A stretch of DNA of 63,763 nucleotides, filler included, from Collodictyon triciliatum (GCA_043381765.1; 29 parts of 29 records of this genome joined end to end with filler, not necessarily neighbours in it), one strand, 5' to 3'. Shown: positions 37,186-50,731, numbered from the whole stretch's first letter. Program-made: numbers and translations. The notes: a model not told the origin generated them from the sequence alone.

Positions 37186-39154
37186 ACAAATGCATGGTCT
37201 AGTCATCCAGGAGGAGATATTGATGTGCCAGAGGGAGTTTGAGAATAATAACTGCCTCTCTATGGTCCATATGCAGAGTGAGCTTGTTTCAAAATGCCAG
37301 ATGTGGAACAGGTATTTTTGAACCCATGTAAAATAATTAAATAGACAAGGAACCATTCTGATGCAGTACTATCAGCATATGTTGACTTATTTGTTTGAAG
37401 ACGGCATCCAGGCATATATTCATATTTTTTTTGTGTGTCTCGCTACTTCGAGAATCAGTTGTTTACTCAAAACTTTAGTTATGTATGCAATCACTTACAT
37501 GCTTAAATAAAAATTAGTTGTCGATTGCAAGACCCTCATTCTGTCCCGATGTAACACTCCCAACAAATATATATCATATGACTAGCATACATTTCTCAAA
37601 GGTGGTGCGGGATTTAATCTTCTAACTAGAATACTAAATTTAACTTTCCTCCGAAAAAAAAAAAAACATCGATGCTTATGGCAGTGGGGAAATCAGTGCG
37701 CGGTCAATATCAGACATAATTAACAACCTTATCGAACCTCTATCGACCAAAAGCTTGGTAAGTTGTGGTCTTGGTGACTTTTAATTATGAGAAATTCGTC
37801 ATTACCTTCAGCAATTTAACAAGAGTAATGTGGGAATACTGTTTTTTTTATAAAAAAAAAAAAAAGTACTGATATTCAGTAATAATAATTTTTCACACTT
37901 CATCTTTGCTTTCTTTTTTTCTTTTTTCTTTTTCTTTTTCTTTTTTCTTTTTCTTTTTTTCTTTTTTCTTTTTCTTTTTTCTTTTTCTTTTTTCTTTTTC
38001 TTTTTTCTTTTTCTTTTTTCTTTATCTTTTGTCTTTTGTCTTTTGTCTTTTGTCTTTTATCTTTTGTCTTTTGTCTTTTGTCTTTTGTCTTTTGTCTTTT
38101 GTCTTTTGTCTTTTGTCTTTTGTCTTTTGTCTTTTGTCTTTTGTCTTTTGTCTTTTGTCTTTTGTCTTTTGTCTTTTGTCNNNNNNNNNNNNNNNNNNNN
38201 NNNNNNNNNNNNNNNNNNNNNNNNTTAATTAATTAANNNNNNNNNNNNNNNNNNNNNNNNNNNNNNNNNNNNNNNNNNNNAATAAAAAAGAGAGAGAAAT
38301 AAAAAAGAGAGAGAAATAAAAAAGAGAGAGAAATAAAAAAGAGAGAGAAATAAAAAAGAGAGAGAAATAAAAAAGAGAGAGAAATAAAAAAGAGAGAGAA
38401 ATAAAAAAGAGAGAGAAATAAAAAAGAGAGAGAAATAAAAGGGAAAGAAAATGCCAAAAAGAAAAGAGGCAGATCTTTTTCAAGTCCACCGCGAGGGACT
38501 TCATAACGACAGGAAAAGACCAAGCAAGACACAACTCTGGCGAACCCCACATCCACGAGTCGAATCCAACTTTGTTTGTGGCCGCCAAAGCCGCACAAGA
38601 TTTAACAAAACCAAAAAAAAAAAAAAACACGCAATATTACATGCGAATTATAATGACATCACATTTTTGGTCATTCATTTCTTTTCTTTTGATTCCGCAC
38701 AGAATATGGTTGCCAAACACTTGTCTTGCAAATGGTCCGTGTGGCTTAGAATCGCAGAAAGATATTCAATCATGTGATGCAGCGAATGATAGCAATTAAA
38801 GATAGTTCGCTTTGGAACACGGTAAAGTGACCATATTTCGTTCTTAATGAATGCATTTACATCATCCGATTCACCCAGTCCAAAGAGAAGCATAGGAAAA
38901 AAAATGTTGGTAGATGGAGTTGAATCGATGATTGCAAACTCCGCCGTTACAAACAAATAAGAGATATCCTCTTGATACATATCAGTAGATAATAAGTTCT
39001 TTTAATCATACTGGTACATTTCACCATTAATCCACTCTGGCTGCATATAAACAATGCGATACAGGTTTTTTTTTATGAATAAATTAAGCTATTTTGTCAT
39101 TAAATCACCATTTTTCTTTTTCTTTTTTTAGTTTTATTAATCTGTATTTGCTTC

Positions 39155-40144
39155 TTATTCATTTGCAACAAATCTTCTGATTTTTTGAAGCATGGAGTCT
39201 TTGTTAGGGTCATACGGATTGTTCTATCGACATAAAAAACAACAAATTAGACATCATTCGATTGCACCGTCAGACATCAGATGAGGTTATGTTATCTTTT
39301 CGACTTTGACACATCTATCACAGTCATTTGCAAAGCCTCATATTGACTGGGAGTCTTAAACATTCAAACTTATACAAAGAGAAGCCGAAAAATAAAATAA
39401 TTACTTTGCTGGGAATTTCTAGAATAGTTGGGTAGAGTTGGCTATAGGTGTTCAGGGTTTCTCTCATGTCATTTGCTATCTATTCACGCAGTTTCAGAGT
39501 TAAATTAATTTTACAATATTTATCATATTGATAAGACAATCGGTTCGTAGTTCATGAGCTCAGCTTTAAAATAAAAAGATAAGAAATAATGACGGATAAA
39601 AATATATAAAAATATATTCACATACAAACTGGCTGATAAGAAGAATCGATATGTCTCTTCTGGTAACCATTTGGTCGAATGCTGTCTCAATATCCGATAG
39701 CGAAGTATCTGCCGATTATATATCAATAAGTGTATCTTCACATTTTGAAATTTCCTCAAATACCCAACAAAACTCTGGAAGAAAAAAAATCTCTCCACTT
39801 ATTCATTTCAAATGTTAAAGAGGTACATTGTAATACTTGGGCATAAAAGAATGTTCATATGGCAAATGACTCAAATACATGCTTTGTGAAATATTATTCA
39901 GAAAGATACCAAAGAAAAAAAGCAAAAAAAGCAAAAAAAGCAAAAAAAGAAAAAGAAAAGAAAAGAAAAGAAAAGAAAAAGAAAAGAAAAAGAAAAGAAA
40001 AAGAAAAGAAAAAGAAAAGAAAAAGAAAAAACAGAGTTCATATAATTGTGTAAACTTACTTGAATTCACAATAAAGAAGTTGCTTCTATTATGCGCACGC
40101 TCGGTTTGCCCGATTCCTGCAAGCAGAAAACCCGTCACTGTGTC
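39155..40144 (-). CDS. ATP6V1F: V-type H+-ATPase subunit F; 4 exons seen, 5' partial
   Basis: DTVTGFLLAGIG..NFFIVNS|..IETAFDQMVTRRDISILLISQF|IANDMRETLNTYSQLYPTILEIPSK|NNPYDPNKDSMLQKIRRFVANE*. Confidence 0.95.
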
Positions 40145-41263
40145 CTTCAATTTTAATTTGTCAGTGAGCTATTAAAGAAATGATCAGATGTTATTGCGAG
40201 TAGAATGAAGAAGAAAGAAAAAGAAAAAAGAAAAAGAAAAAAGAAAAAGAAAAAAGAAAAAGAAAAAAGAAAAAGAAAAAAGAAAAAGAAAAAAGAAAAA
40301 GAAAAAAGAAAANNNNNNNNNNNNNNNNNNNNNNNNNNNNNNNNNNNNNNNNNNNNTTAATTAATTAANNNNNNNNNNNNNNNNNNNNNNNNNNNNNNNN
40401 NNNNNNNNNNNNACATAAAACATAAAACATAAAACATAAAACATAAAACATAAAACATAAAACATAAAACATAAAACATAAAACATAAAACATAAAACAT
40501 AAAACATAAAACATAAAACATAAAACATGGAAGGCCAAAAAAAAGCACCAACGAAAGCGCAATATCCTCTCCTTATTCGATTCAAGGGAAGGTGTTATGT
40601 AACGAAATGACAATATTAGTAAAGTCATTATTCGCCCTTCCTGCAGCCGAGTCGCCCATGTCCAGTCGGCAAATGCACACCCATATCACGGCGCCACAGC
40701 CCTGCTGGTTGAAACAACGCGGGGCTGTCTAATTTCTCAGTTTTTTCATACCATATACGTATCGATATTTTCCCCCTTTGTGCTCTTGTAAGACAGATCA
40801 AAAACACCTATTGGCAGTTCACAAACCCACGAAAAATAGAAAGAAAGGAGAAAAGAAAGAAAGAAAAAGAAAAGAAAAAGGACAGGAAAAAGGAAAGGGA
40901 AAAGGAAAGGGAAAAGGAAAGGGAAAAGGAAAGGGAAAAGGAAAGGAAAAAGGAAAGGAAAAAAGGCCGATTAAAAAAAAAGAGAGGCATTCACACACTT
41001 TGACTAAACTTATTTTCCCACCGACGTGGCATTCAATCCCTTTTTTCTCCTTCCTCTTCTTATTGAGCCGCTTCCTGAAAATTATCATGTTCTCGTCTCA
41101 CACCAAGCAGAGACTCTGTCCCACTCGATAAAACCGCATAAAGTCGATTTAATTAAGCTCTTTGCACCTCACAACATAGCAAATAGCAACAAGGCCTAGA
41201 GTTTGATCAGCCTCCAAACCCTACAAAAGCAACCGGCAAAAGAACCGAGGTCTTCTTAGGACA

Positions 41264-42302
41264 ATGGGCGATCCTGCACAACCATCATCGAACCAGCAGC
41301 TAGGAGTCTCTGCGATTCCCCCAGATTCAGCTTCAGCACCAGCTTCAGCACCAGCTTCAGCACCAGCACCAGCACCAGCACCAGCCTCAACCTCAACCTC
41401 AGCCTCAGCCTCAGCCTCAGCCTCAGCCTCCTCTTCAAACCCGAGTTTAACCATGACGTCACCTCCAACACACAGACATCGACGCAACGGACAATTATAC
41501 AAACTCACAGTCGACCTTCTAAAGACATTCAAAGATATCAACCATGTAAGATTTTTATTCTTCCTTTCAACTTTGTGCAAGATGTTGGGATGATGATTTT
41601 TTCTTCTTAAAATTACCACATCCTGTCAATTTTTTTTATCTAACAAAGTTCTCTCAGTTGGGTCAATATAAAAGAAACATCGAAGAGGAAAAAATAGGAT
41701 CTCTTACATTGTCCTCAATCTTCCATATTGGGCTTTTTTTTTTAATCTTACTTACTCCAGTTTTGCTGTTCAATAGAACTATTACGCCAACAGACAACGA
41801 AAGAAAACAACGGATGCAGTTGTTGATAGTTCCAAAGGAAAAATTTATAACAATGGCCACGACGACGAAAGTTTTAACTACATAGTCATCCCAAAGGAGG
41901 TGATTGCTTCTTATTATCTTCCTTTTTACTCTTCATTGGCAGTGATTCTCGCCAGCTTCGGATTATACGTGCTCGTTCACCTCAATAATATATTATCTTT
42001 TATATTTTGTTTCATTCTTTGAATCGAATAAAGGAAAAAAATGTTTTGTTTCATTCTAATCGAACTGTCCATTTTGGGTTAAAAAACTATCAATTAGATA
42101 TTAAATGAGGAATATGAAGTTCAGGAAACCATAGGAAAAGGTTCATATGGTCAAGTAGTTCGTGCAATAGACATACATTCTAAGATCGAAGTTGCAATTA
42201 AAATTATCCGTTCAAAGCCACATTTCCAAGCACAAGCAAAGGTAGAAATAGGGATATTAGAGAAGCTCAGCAAGGAAGACCCTGACAACAAATATTTTAC
42301 AG
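41264..42302 (+). CDS. DYRK1: DYRK1/minibrain-type dual-specificity kinase, N-terminal exons
   Basis: LYKLTVDLLKTFKDINH|NYY..; DH-box-like IYNNGHDDESFNYIV; YEVQETIGKGSYGQVVRA..VAIKIIRSK..QAKVEIGIL. Confidence 0.88.
42019..42040 (+). mobile_element. Family-A tail-only insertion (22 bp) with a 17-bp TSD, inside a DYRK1 intron
   Basis: TTGAATCGAATAAAGGAAAAAA lies between ATATTTTGTTTCATTCT (42002-42018) and ATGTTTTGTTTCATTCT (42041-42057). Confidence 0.8.
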
Positions 42303-42541
42303 GTAATATCACCACCATGGTTATGTATGTATGTATGTATGTATGTATGTATGTATGTATGTATGTATGTATGTATGTATGTATGTATGTATGTATGTAT
42401 GTATGTATGTATGTATGTATGTATGTATGTATGTATGTATGNNNNNNNNNNNNNNNNNNNNNNNNNNNNNNNNNNNNNNNNNNNNTTAATTAATTAANNN
42501 NNNNNNNNNNNNNNNNNNNNNNNNNNNNNNNNNNNNNNNNN

Positions 42542-43054
42542 TGCTCTCTGAGCTTGATTATGCTCCCAACCGACTCAGCGCGTCTGACATCCTGTTTGGC
42601 CCACAATACCAAATGACCCACGACTCTAGAATACTCTGGACAGTCACAAAGGGACATATGCTGTGGTCCTTATGGAGTGTGCGTGCATTCTCTCGCTCTA
42701 ATGACTCGTTCGAACGAAAATCAATGTATCCAGGCTTGAAAGCCTCGTGCAATACAGCTTCCTGAACAGCCTGCTGAAACACGCCCGCATTCTTCGCTAC
42801 TCTGACCGCAAGCGAAGAGAGGCGTGGGAATGTGTCGTGCGATATCTCCCACAGCATATCCAACCCCTGCTACCCACGCAACGAATTAACCAGTTGGGTC
42901 GCCCACCTGACCAACTCGCTATTACTGATTTCTTTCCAGTGCTGACCTCTCCTCATCGGTATCTTCTTCTACTCGCCTTTGCTCTCTGTTATGCGCACCT
43001 ATCTCGCCTCTAGCGTGGCATAAAATCGCCGCACTTTGAATCGAATAAAGCAAA
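42542..43054 (+). mobile_element. Family-A LINE 3' portion
   Basis: Collinear with the reverse complement of 6819-7330 (DYAPNRLSASDILFGPQYQMTHDSRILWTVTKGHMLWSLW). Ends GCACTTTGAATCGAATAAAG. Confidence 0.85.
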
Positions 43055-43397
43055 TAGAAGGCTATTTTATGTTGAATTAAAAACAGGATGGCAACAAAGT
43101 AAACAAAATAAAACACTCCAATTACAAAGACTTAGTAACTCACCGCGAACCTGAACCAAATTCCTGTCATTTGGATGTAAAAAGGGAATGTTGATGGATC
43201 TGGCAAGGATTCTATCACACTCATGAATATCTATTTTTGTCATTTTTTTTTGATAAATCAAGGTTAAAAATCATTTGTAAAGCCCAACTAGTGTGTAAAT
43301 ATAAGTTAATCATTATCACTCACTACTGTACGTTGCGTTCGATTCATTTACACATTTTTTGATTTCATTTCCAACAGTTTATTGAGAAAACATAACC

Positions 43398-44570
43398 GAG
43401 GAAACCGCCTTCGCCTCTAGGACAAAAATGAGCTGTGGACAAGACAGTGGAAAACCCCGGATTGTGTGGTTGGAGATTTTATGTTTTGGATGGAAGAAAA
43501 AAAAGTAACAAGATAGAAAGGAGAGAAAGTGTTCTCACACGCAAACTATTTTACCCGAGGTGATTCAGCTCCAACGTGATTTCTGTTTGTGTTCGAGACT
43601 GACAGAAGAGCGGATAAAGTTGTTGGGTCGATGAAGGTACGCACATGGCAGTTACTTCTCAAATCGATTCCGACGAGTCCTTTCAACCATATATCTCAGA
43701 CAAGATGTACATCCTATTTCATTCCACTGGATGAGTCTTTTGAGGGGACAACGGGTCGCTTTCCTTGCGTTTCTTGCTGGGTGACTCTGACAAAAAGCGA
43801 TACATCGTTGTTTGTCTGGTATTCACGGAAGTGGCGCTTGACCGTCCCCTGGTTTCGGGACCATGCGTAGCCGGCAGTGGACTTTGCTTTACCGGAGTAT
43901 TGATACGCGTTTGTGGCTTTGAAACATACGCTCCTGCTTGCTCGGACTGTCATTAATGTGTGAAGTTCCAAGCTTGGATTCAACTTGTGCTGTTAGCTCA
44001 TGCTCCTTGGTTCTCGGCGCGACGGGATGGGGCGGGGTAAATGGACTATCTTTGGTGGGCGCTGGTTCTTTTGATGCCTTCGCTTTGGAGTATCCTTTCG
44101 GATAAGTAACGAAGACTGCCTTGAGGCCTCCTATGTTAACCATATTCACGTCAGTCTTAATTATTATTTTAAGGGGGGATTTATTTTGGGGTTTAGCGAT
44201 GCGCTGCTCTTGGGTTTTGCGATGTGCGGGCTTGTCTGGTGTTGGCGGTGGATGGCTCGAGTGATATGATTCTGAAGAGGAACCGAGATTTCCTTCCATG
44301 TCATCGTCTCTGTCTCTGTATGCACGTATCTGCTGTGAGTCTTGCGGGTTCAGTTGTTGCCTGGCCTTGGCTTCCTTGACCCCGTTGCTGCTTATCTGCT
44401 TGGCGGGTGTATTCTTTTTCGGAGCTTTTACTTGTCGTTCGTTGTTCGCGGCTGGCGGACGCTCTTTGAGGATGCGCTTTGGACACTTTTTACCCATGAC
44501 CGTAAACTTTGCATGGAGCCGGTTCATGTGACAAAGAAGCTTCACCACGGCCGTGTCTGTGAAAAAGCCT
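43398..44570 (-). mobile_element. ORF1/gag-like dispersed repeat, copy 2
   Basis: Homologous to 23481-24480; both encode VNMVNIGG.KAVFVTYPKGYSKAKA. Independent frameshifts in each copy. Confidence 0.7.
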
Positions 44571-44926
44571 NNNNNNNNNNNNNNNNNNNNNNNNNNNNNN
44601 NNNNNNNNNNNNNNTTAATTAATTAANNNNNNNNNNNNNNNNNNNNNNNNNNNNNNNNNNNNNNNNNNNNATGCCCAAGAACCAAAGAAGCTAGAGCGAG
44701 CTTCATGTTGTAATTCAAATGGCCCATCAAACCTGACTGTTGCTCCTCCTTTGTTATATCGTGCATCAATCTGAGAAAGATATGAAAAAGGGAATGATTG
44801 TAGTTGCAAATTAAACAAACAAACAAACAAACAAACAAACAAACAAACAAACAAACAAACAAACAAACAATTCACCATGTGCACCAAAAATGATTTTTCT
44901 CAGAGTTGTATACTAATGTTATCGCT

Positions 44927-46680
44927 TTACTTGGTTCTAGCAGGGATTGGAATAACTCCTCCATATCTCAAGTATGAAGCAATCATCAACGAGTGTGCCC
45001 AGTCCATGTAGAAATGATTTGATACTTTTGTACATAGCTGCATTAAATCATTAATCATTCTTCTACCGGAACCACAAGGACCAGCGATGAACCTCCAGAA
45101 AGCTTCAAGCAAGAAGCAGCTTGACTGATTTAGATTTATAACATCGGGATAAATTTTTCATAAAAAATAACCATATTTTTTCCCCCTTAATTCGATTCAA
45201 AAAAATAATCACAAAAAATAATTTCATTCATTCAAAGATAACAAATTTCGGTTTAAATTTATTTTTAATAGACATTTACTTTCGTCCATCGATCAGCCGA
45301 TTCCTCAGCTAAAAGGATTGCTGATGACACCGATGATTCAAATGAAACAACATCTCCGGACAATAACTCGGCTGCAGCCGCAGTTAGAAAAGCACAAGAA
45401 CAATCCGATTGATACCTACATTTATTTGCTTACTTTTTCTCTCTGATTTCTCTTGATCACTTATTCATTGTGCAAGGCTTAGAAAAAGAAACTTGCGAAT
45501 CGTGGCCAATGTCTCTTCACATAAATATGCTTACACTTATTACTTAAATTTATGTTAAGTTACTTCTTGTTTGAATCGGCCTGTCGGACGTTTTCTTCAG
45601 ACTTTGATCTGTAAACTCTATTATTTTATTTTTTTATTTTGTCAATATATATATATATATTTCCAATTTAAAAAAAAAGAGAGAGAGAAAAGACTTTAAT
45701 TCATTTAATATAATACCTAAAGGTTGACCATTCAAACCGCCTAGATGCCATATACCCTGCACTGCTCATTATCCGGGCGGATAGAGACGGAATACTTAGT
45801 GACTCAGCCACTCTTAAAGATTCGATACAAAAGTGATTGGATAATCTTCTCTCCCCTTCCATATGCATTATCAGAGCCAATCTCTCCAACGAGAGGCAGG
45901 CGATGAGAGATTTTTTTGTCAGATTTCTATTTGCAGCAGTAATCTGGGGTGATTCATATGCGTCAATCATAAGGTTTGTTGCAGCTCCTTGCTGCCCTGG
46001 GATAACACGACTGAATATGACCGAATCTGCCATGGAGCCTCCATCCATTGTACCCGACATAAAAGTCAGGGAAAATATTCGGCTTCGCCTTTGCTGGTTG
46101 CGCGTCTCCTGAAAAAAAATATTACACACTTCTTTAATCCACTTCCTGGCATTACTCTTGAGAATATCTTTTCTGGTCGGATTTGTCTCGAATCCGATGT
46201 TTTCGATGCACCCAAGGAAGTACCTAATAAACACAGGTACTTCAGTTAAAGAAATAAATATAAAATTCAAAGCACTAATCATTATTGGAGGAAATATCTA
46301 TTACTTCTTTTCTTTTTATTCTCCCTGTCGATTTTCGAAATTTAGGAAAACATAAAATACTTTTTTGATTCTGCGTAGTTGCCCATTAAGAAAAGACATT
46401 CACCGACATGATAATGCAACTGTATCATAGTTGTTGCTTTTTTCGATACTTCGGACTTTTCAACAACTTCTAGAGCTATGGTGTAATTCTAAAAGCATTC
46501 CAAATGTTTTAGACAGTGAGAGTAGTAGATTGGTAGGAAAAGTTACCAATTCATATATCTTTCATGTTAAATGCTGTTTCTTTTTTTAGCTATATTGGTT
46601 ACCGAAAAAGCCTCCGCTGGTAGCTGCCTTTGAAAGAGAGTGTCCCCTGACAATGTATAGTATTCTAGACAGGCGATGAT
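44927..46680 (-). CDS. Large helical/TPR-like protein, multi-exon internal fragment; reminiscent of STAND/soluble adenylyl cyclase C-terminal regions
   Basis: Exons bounded by AG/GT include LIACLSLERLALIMHMEGERRLSNHFCIESLRVAESL..ARIMSSAGY and AILLAEESADRW. The family assignment is weak. Confidence 0.5.
45176..45200 (-). mobile_element. Diverged family-A tail-only insertion in an intron
   Basis: T-run-CCCCCTTAATTCGATTCAA is flanked by imperfect AAAAAATAACCATA / AAAAAATAATCACA. Confidence 0.5.
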
Positions 46681-46954
46681 TCAGTTATACATACATACNN
46701 NNNNNNNNNNNNNNNNNNNNNNNNNNNNNNNNNNNNNNNNNNTTAATTAATTAANNNNNNNNNNNNNNNNNNNNNNNNNNNNNNNNNNNNNNNNNNNNAA
46801 AAAGAAATAAAAAGAAATAAAAAGAAATAAAAAGAAATAAAAAGAAATAAAAAGAAATAAAAAGAAATAAAAAGAAATAAAAAGAAATAAAAAGAAATAC
46901 AAATAAAACAAAGATATCAGAAGACTATATCACTCCTTTTTTTTTTTATCACAG

Positions 46955-48670
46955 GTTATTCAGTCGAGTTCATCGATTACAAGGAGGGCACCGGTGCGAT
47001 GATAACTGCACTCAAGAAGGGCGATGTGGACATGATTGTGGCGCTCACGGAGGGTCTTGTGGCAGGTGCCCATCAACGTCTCATCACTGTCTCAAAAATA
47101 CAAACATAACATCGCAACATCATCAACTCTTTGATTTGAACACCTGAATCGCTTTCCTTTCGACCTTCTAAACATCTCTTCTTTTTCCTTTTTTTTTTGT
47201 TTCCAATAATTTCTCCGTTCATCATCCAAGATATCGCAAAGGGCTCAAATATACGACTACTCGGGACATATGTTGAATCTCCCCTCTGTTGGGCAATTAG
47301 TGTTGGTGCAAATTCGCCGTATCACTCCATCGAGGACCTCCGCTCGCAGGTAACAATGCCGCCTTTCAAAACGAACATTTTTTTTTTATAAAAAAGGGAC
47401 AATACAACAGGAACGCACATAACTTCATACTCGGACTAAATTCATTCATGTTTATTTTCACATACCCAATAGAAATTCGGAATCAGCCGGTATGGAAGCG
47501 GCTCGCACTTGATGTCGTTTGTCCTTGCCAGCCAGCGTGGTTGGGACCCGCGTTCCGAGGTTTCGTTTGTCCCCATAGGCGACTTCAAAAGTAAGGGAGT
47601 TGAATACAAAACTTATGAGGATAAAGTATATTTTCAGCATAAATCATCTTGGACATATTCTGCAAAGCCAATCAATAGTGCATCAAGTATATCGATCACG
47701 TCTATATCTACATGTCATTTTTATCTTATTTAGTCACTGCATAAAAAAAAAAGCCCTATCCAACCACAAGCCTAAAATATTTACTATTTGCTTCATCGAT
47801 TGACAGGCCTACGCGATAGTGTGAATTCGGGAACTGCTGCAGCATTTCTTTGGGAAACATTCACAACAAAACCGTTCCATGATTCTGGGGTGGGCTTTCC
47901 TTAATGATTACTTCGAGCTGAGCCCGTGAATCAAGCCCGATGAATACTCACTCATGCATGAAACTTTGCTCAACTTGCATTAATATTGAAGGAGATTCGT
48001 CGTATTGGGGATGTTACTACGCCTTGGCCATGCTTCATGATAGCCTCGCGGAGGGACATTGTCGATGAAAAGGAGTTGGCATTGAAAGGTAAATGGAAAA
48101 GAAAAAAAAAAGGAAGACATGCTATTTGAAGATATTGCTGAATTCTTTCGATCGATACCTGATACGCACATATTTGTTGCTTTTTGTGATATTGTAATGA
48201 ATCACTTTCAGATGTATTGGATTCAATCCGAGAGTCATGTGTTCAATTCCATAAGCTTCCAGACATGCACGTCCAAATCGCAGAGAAATACGGATTGAAA
48301 GTGGAAGATGCTCAAAAGTAATACTTTGCAAAATTTACATGCCTTTGACTTTACAATCAGATTCCATGAGAACATTATTCAAATTCTCTCAGATTTTACC
48401 CACTGAATTCACATTTTACTACTGTAGAATATACTATTTGCTTGAAAATTCAACACTTAACGTCTTTAAATTCTTGGAAACAGGTGGTATAAAGACGTCA
48501 AGATTACAGCAAGTTCTTTCATATCTGAGACCGCTCTGAAACGCACAGTTGAAGCTCTTCGTCAAACAGGAGTCCTTGATGAGAGCATTGCATCATCGGT
48601 GACGCTGAATTCCCTCCTTGATGAACGCATTGCATCAATTCGGAAAGACATTAAGAGCGTCAAACTGTAA
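46955..48670 (+). CDS. SsuA/THI5-like type-2 periplasmic-binding-fold protein (Ca3427-like); multi-exon, 5' partial
   Basis: EGTGAMITAL..DVDMIVALTEGLVA|DIAKG..LLGTYVESPLCWAIS|KFGISRYGSGSHLMSFVLA|..AFLWETFTTKPF|EIRRIGDVTTPWPCFMIA. Confidence 0.85.
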
Positions 48671-48694
48671 GCCATTCACTACTTCAACGAATTT

Positions 48695-48742
<48 letters not shown>

Positions 48743-49192
48743 AAACACACAAACACACAAACACACAAACACACAAACACACAAACACACAAACACACAA
48801 ACACACAAACACACAAACACACAAACNNNNNNNNNNNNNNNNNNNNNNNNNNNNNNNNNNNNNNNNNNNNTTAATTAATTAANNNNNNNNNNNNNNNNNN
48901 NNNNNNNNNNNNNNNNNNNNNNNNNNGAAAAAAGAAAAAAGAAAAAAGAAAAAAGAAAAAAGAAAAAAGAAAAAAAGAAAAAAGAAAAAAGAAAAAAGAA
49001 AAAAGAAAAAAGAAAAAAAGAAAAAAGAAAAAAGAAAAAAGAAAAAAGAAAAAAGAAAAAGAAAAATAAAAAAAGAAAAAAGAAAAATAAAAAAAGAAAA
49101 AGAAAAAAGAAAAAAAACAAACTTTATTTTTGAGAGTTTGCGCAGAGCTGCTGGGTGAGAAGCCAGGATGTAGGATCATTCAAGAAAAGATC

Positions 49193-49885
49193 CTACCTGG
49201 ATAGGAATATCATTAGAATTCCTCCACCGCCATTTCCTCCACTACTCTCACCGCCGCCACAAAATGCAGACGTGCATACCCCGAGAAAGAAAAGTGCACT
49301 CATACATGCTATCGGAAAGGTGGCGATTAGCAGTATAATAGAGGAAGCCATTGTTGTCCGGAGAATGTGGAGAAACTCTCCACCAAACTTGATAGGGATT
49401 GGGCAGCCAGTGTCCATCTTACCGTCCGCAACCTCCATGTTTATGTGGACTTGAATCACAATAAAGGCCCAAACCCCGATAATGGCTATCCCACAAAGAG
49501 AGGACAAGATGGAGAAACAATTTACTTCAGTGATTGCATTGAGAACGAGAAACAAAAATATGGCCGCGATGACACCCAACATGATGAAGTTGAACTCGGC
49601 TTGGGTTCTGTATTCGTAACCAATTCCGACTTGGTCTGTGCATTCTTCGTCGGGAATCTGAACATCAGTGGCTTTGGAGCAGTCGGATGCATGGTAACAT
49701 TCCATCGTGCTGTTTTTGAAGCACGATATGCGATATGTGGTGCTTAGGTCGCAGTTGTCCACAGGAAACTCGGTGTCCTTTACCATCCCTGGGATGCCCA
49801 GAGCAATAACGAGGATAAGCAGCACGGAGCTGGTGATCATGATCCTCTTCGGGGTCCACTCCGTCTTCATGTCAAGGTCAGACAT
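49193..49885 (-). CDS. Four-transmembrane protein with a Cys-rich first loop (claudin/tetraspan-like topology)
   Basis: About 230-codon open frame with 4 hydrophobic segments and 5 Cys between TM1 and TM2. Confidence 0.7.
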   Translation of the reverse strand: MSDLDMKTEWTPKRIMITSSVLLILVIALGIPGMVKDTEFPVDNCDLSTTYRISCFKNSTMECYHASDCSKATDVQIPDEECTDQVGIGYEYRTQAEFNFIMLGVIAAIFLFLVLNAITEVNCFSILSSLCGIAIIGVWAFIVIQVHINMEVADGKMDTGCPIPIKFGGEFLHILRTTMASSIILLIATFPIACMSALFFLGVCTSAFCGGGESSGGNGGGGILMIFLSR

Positions 49886-50731
49886 TTTCTCTTGTCTGCA
49901 CAAGGAAAAAGATAAATAAAAAAAAGATTATAATAATTGGATGCCAATTGGCTGTGTGGAAGCAATTCTATCTACGATGAGTCTTTCTGGGCTCTCTCGC
50001 GATGATTTGTCATTCTCTCATTCCCTCTTTCACTTATGCAAATGTGGGCTACATCGTTATTGGTGCAGGATAAGGGTAGGATTCTCTCGATGGCTTGTGT
50101 TGTACTTTGTCAGGCGGGATTGATTTTGTGATACACGATTAGATTGTGTCTACATGCGTTCGTGTGAATATATATACCAGTCGTGTTGCATCCTGTTCTC
50201 TGATTGAAGTAAATGTATGCTTTTCCTATTTGAATGTGTCATGAAATGATGTTAATGTGGTTGTTCTCTTTTATATAAGAGAATAACGCCTGCTGGTGGG
50301 GTACATTAAGGAATTGTATGTGGAAGTCTATTGCGCATGTATGATTTTCAAGTATATTGGCGAAGCTAGTACTACATATATATGCACATTTCATGAGTAA
50401 TTTTTTTCAAGCCTTTTTTTTCTTTTGCTCGTCCCTATAAAAATGTTGTACTTATATCTGTCCCTTATGAAGAAAATATTGTTATGTGAGGCGACTTAAG
50501 GAATTGATTGTCAAAGGCTGGATTGAATCCAAGTCATGGGGCGTTAGTAGCTGCAGTCCCTTTGTGGATTGTAATTATCCTAGACCCAGGCGTGGGCTGA
50601 GACTGAGCCCTGAATTCAGAACTTGCAACAGTGAACTCACTGGCACCTGCACTCGCTTCTGGACAATAAGGAGGGAGAAAGAGAAAGAGAAAGAGAAAGA
50701 GAAAATAAGATGCAAAAAAAAAACAGGGGCA

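Noticed and set aside
40570-40586. Another family-A tail (CCTTATTCGATTCAAG, minus strand)
   Set aside because: No poly(A) or TSD is visible; too degenerate to call.
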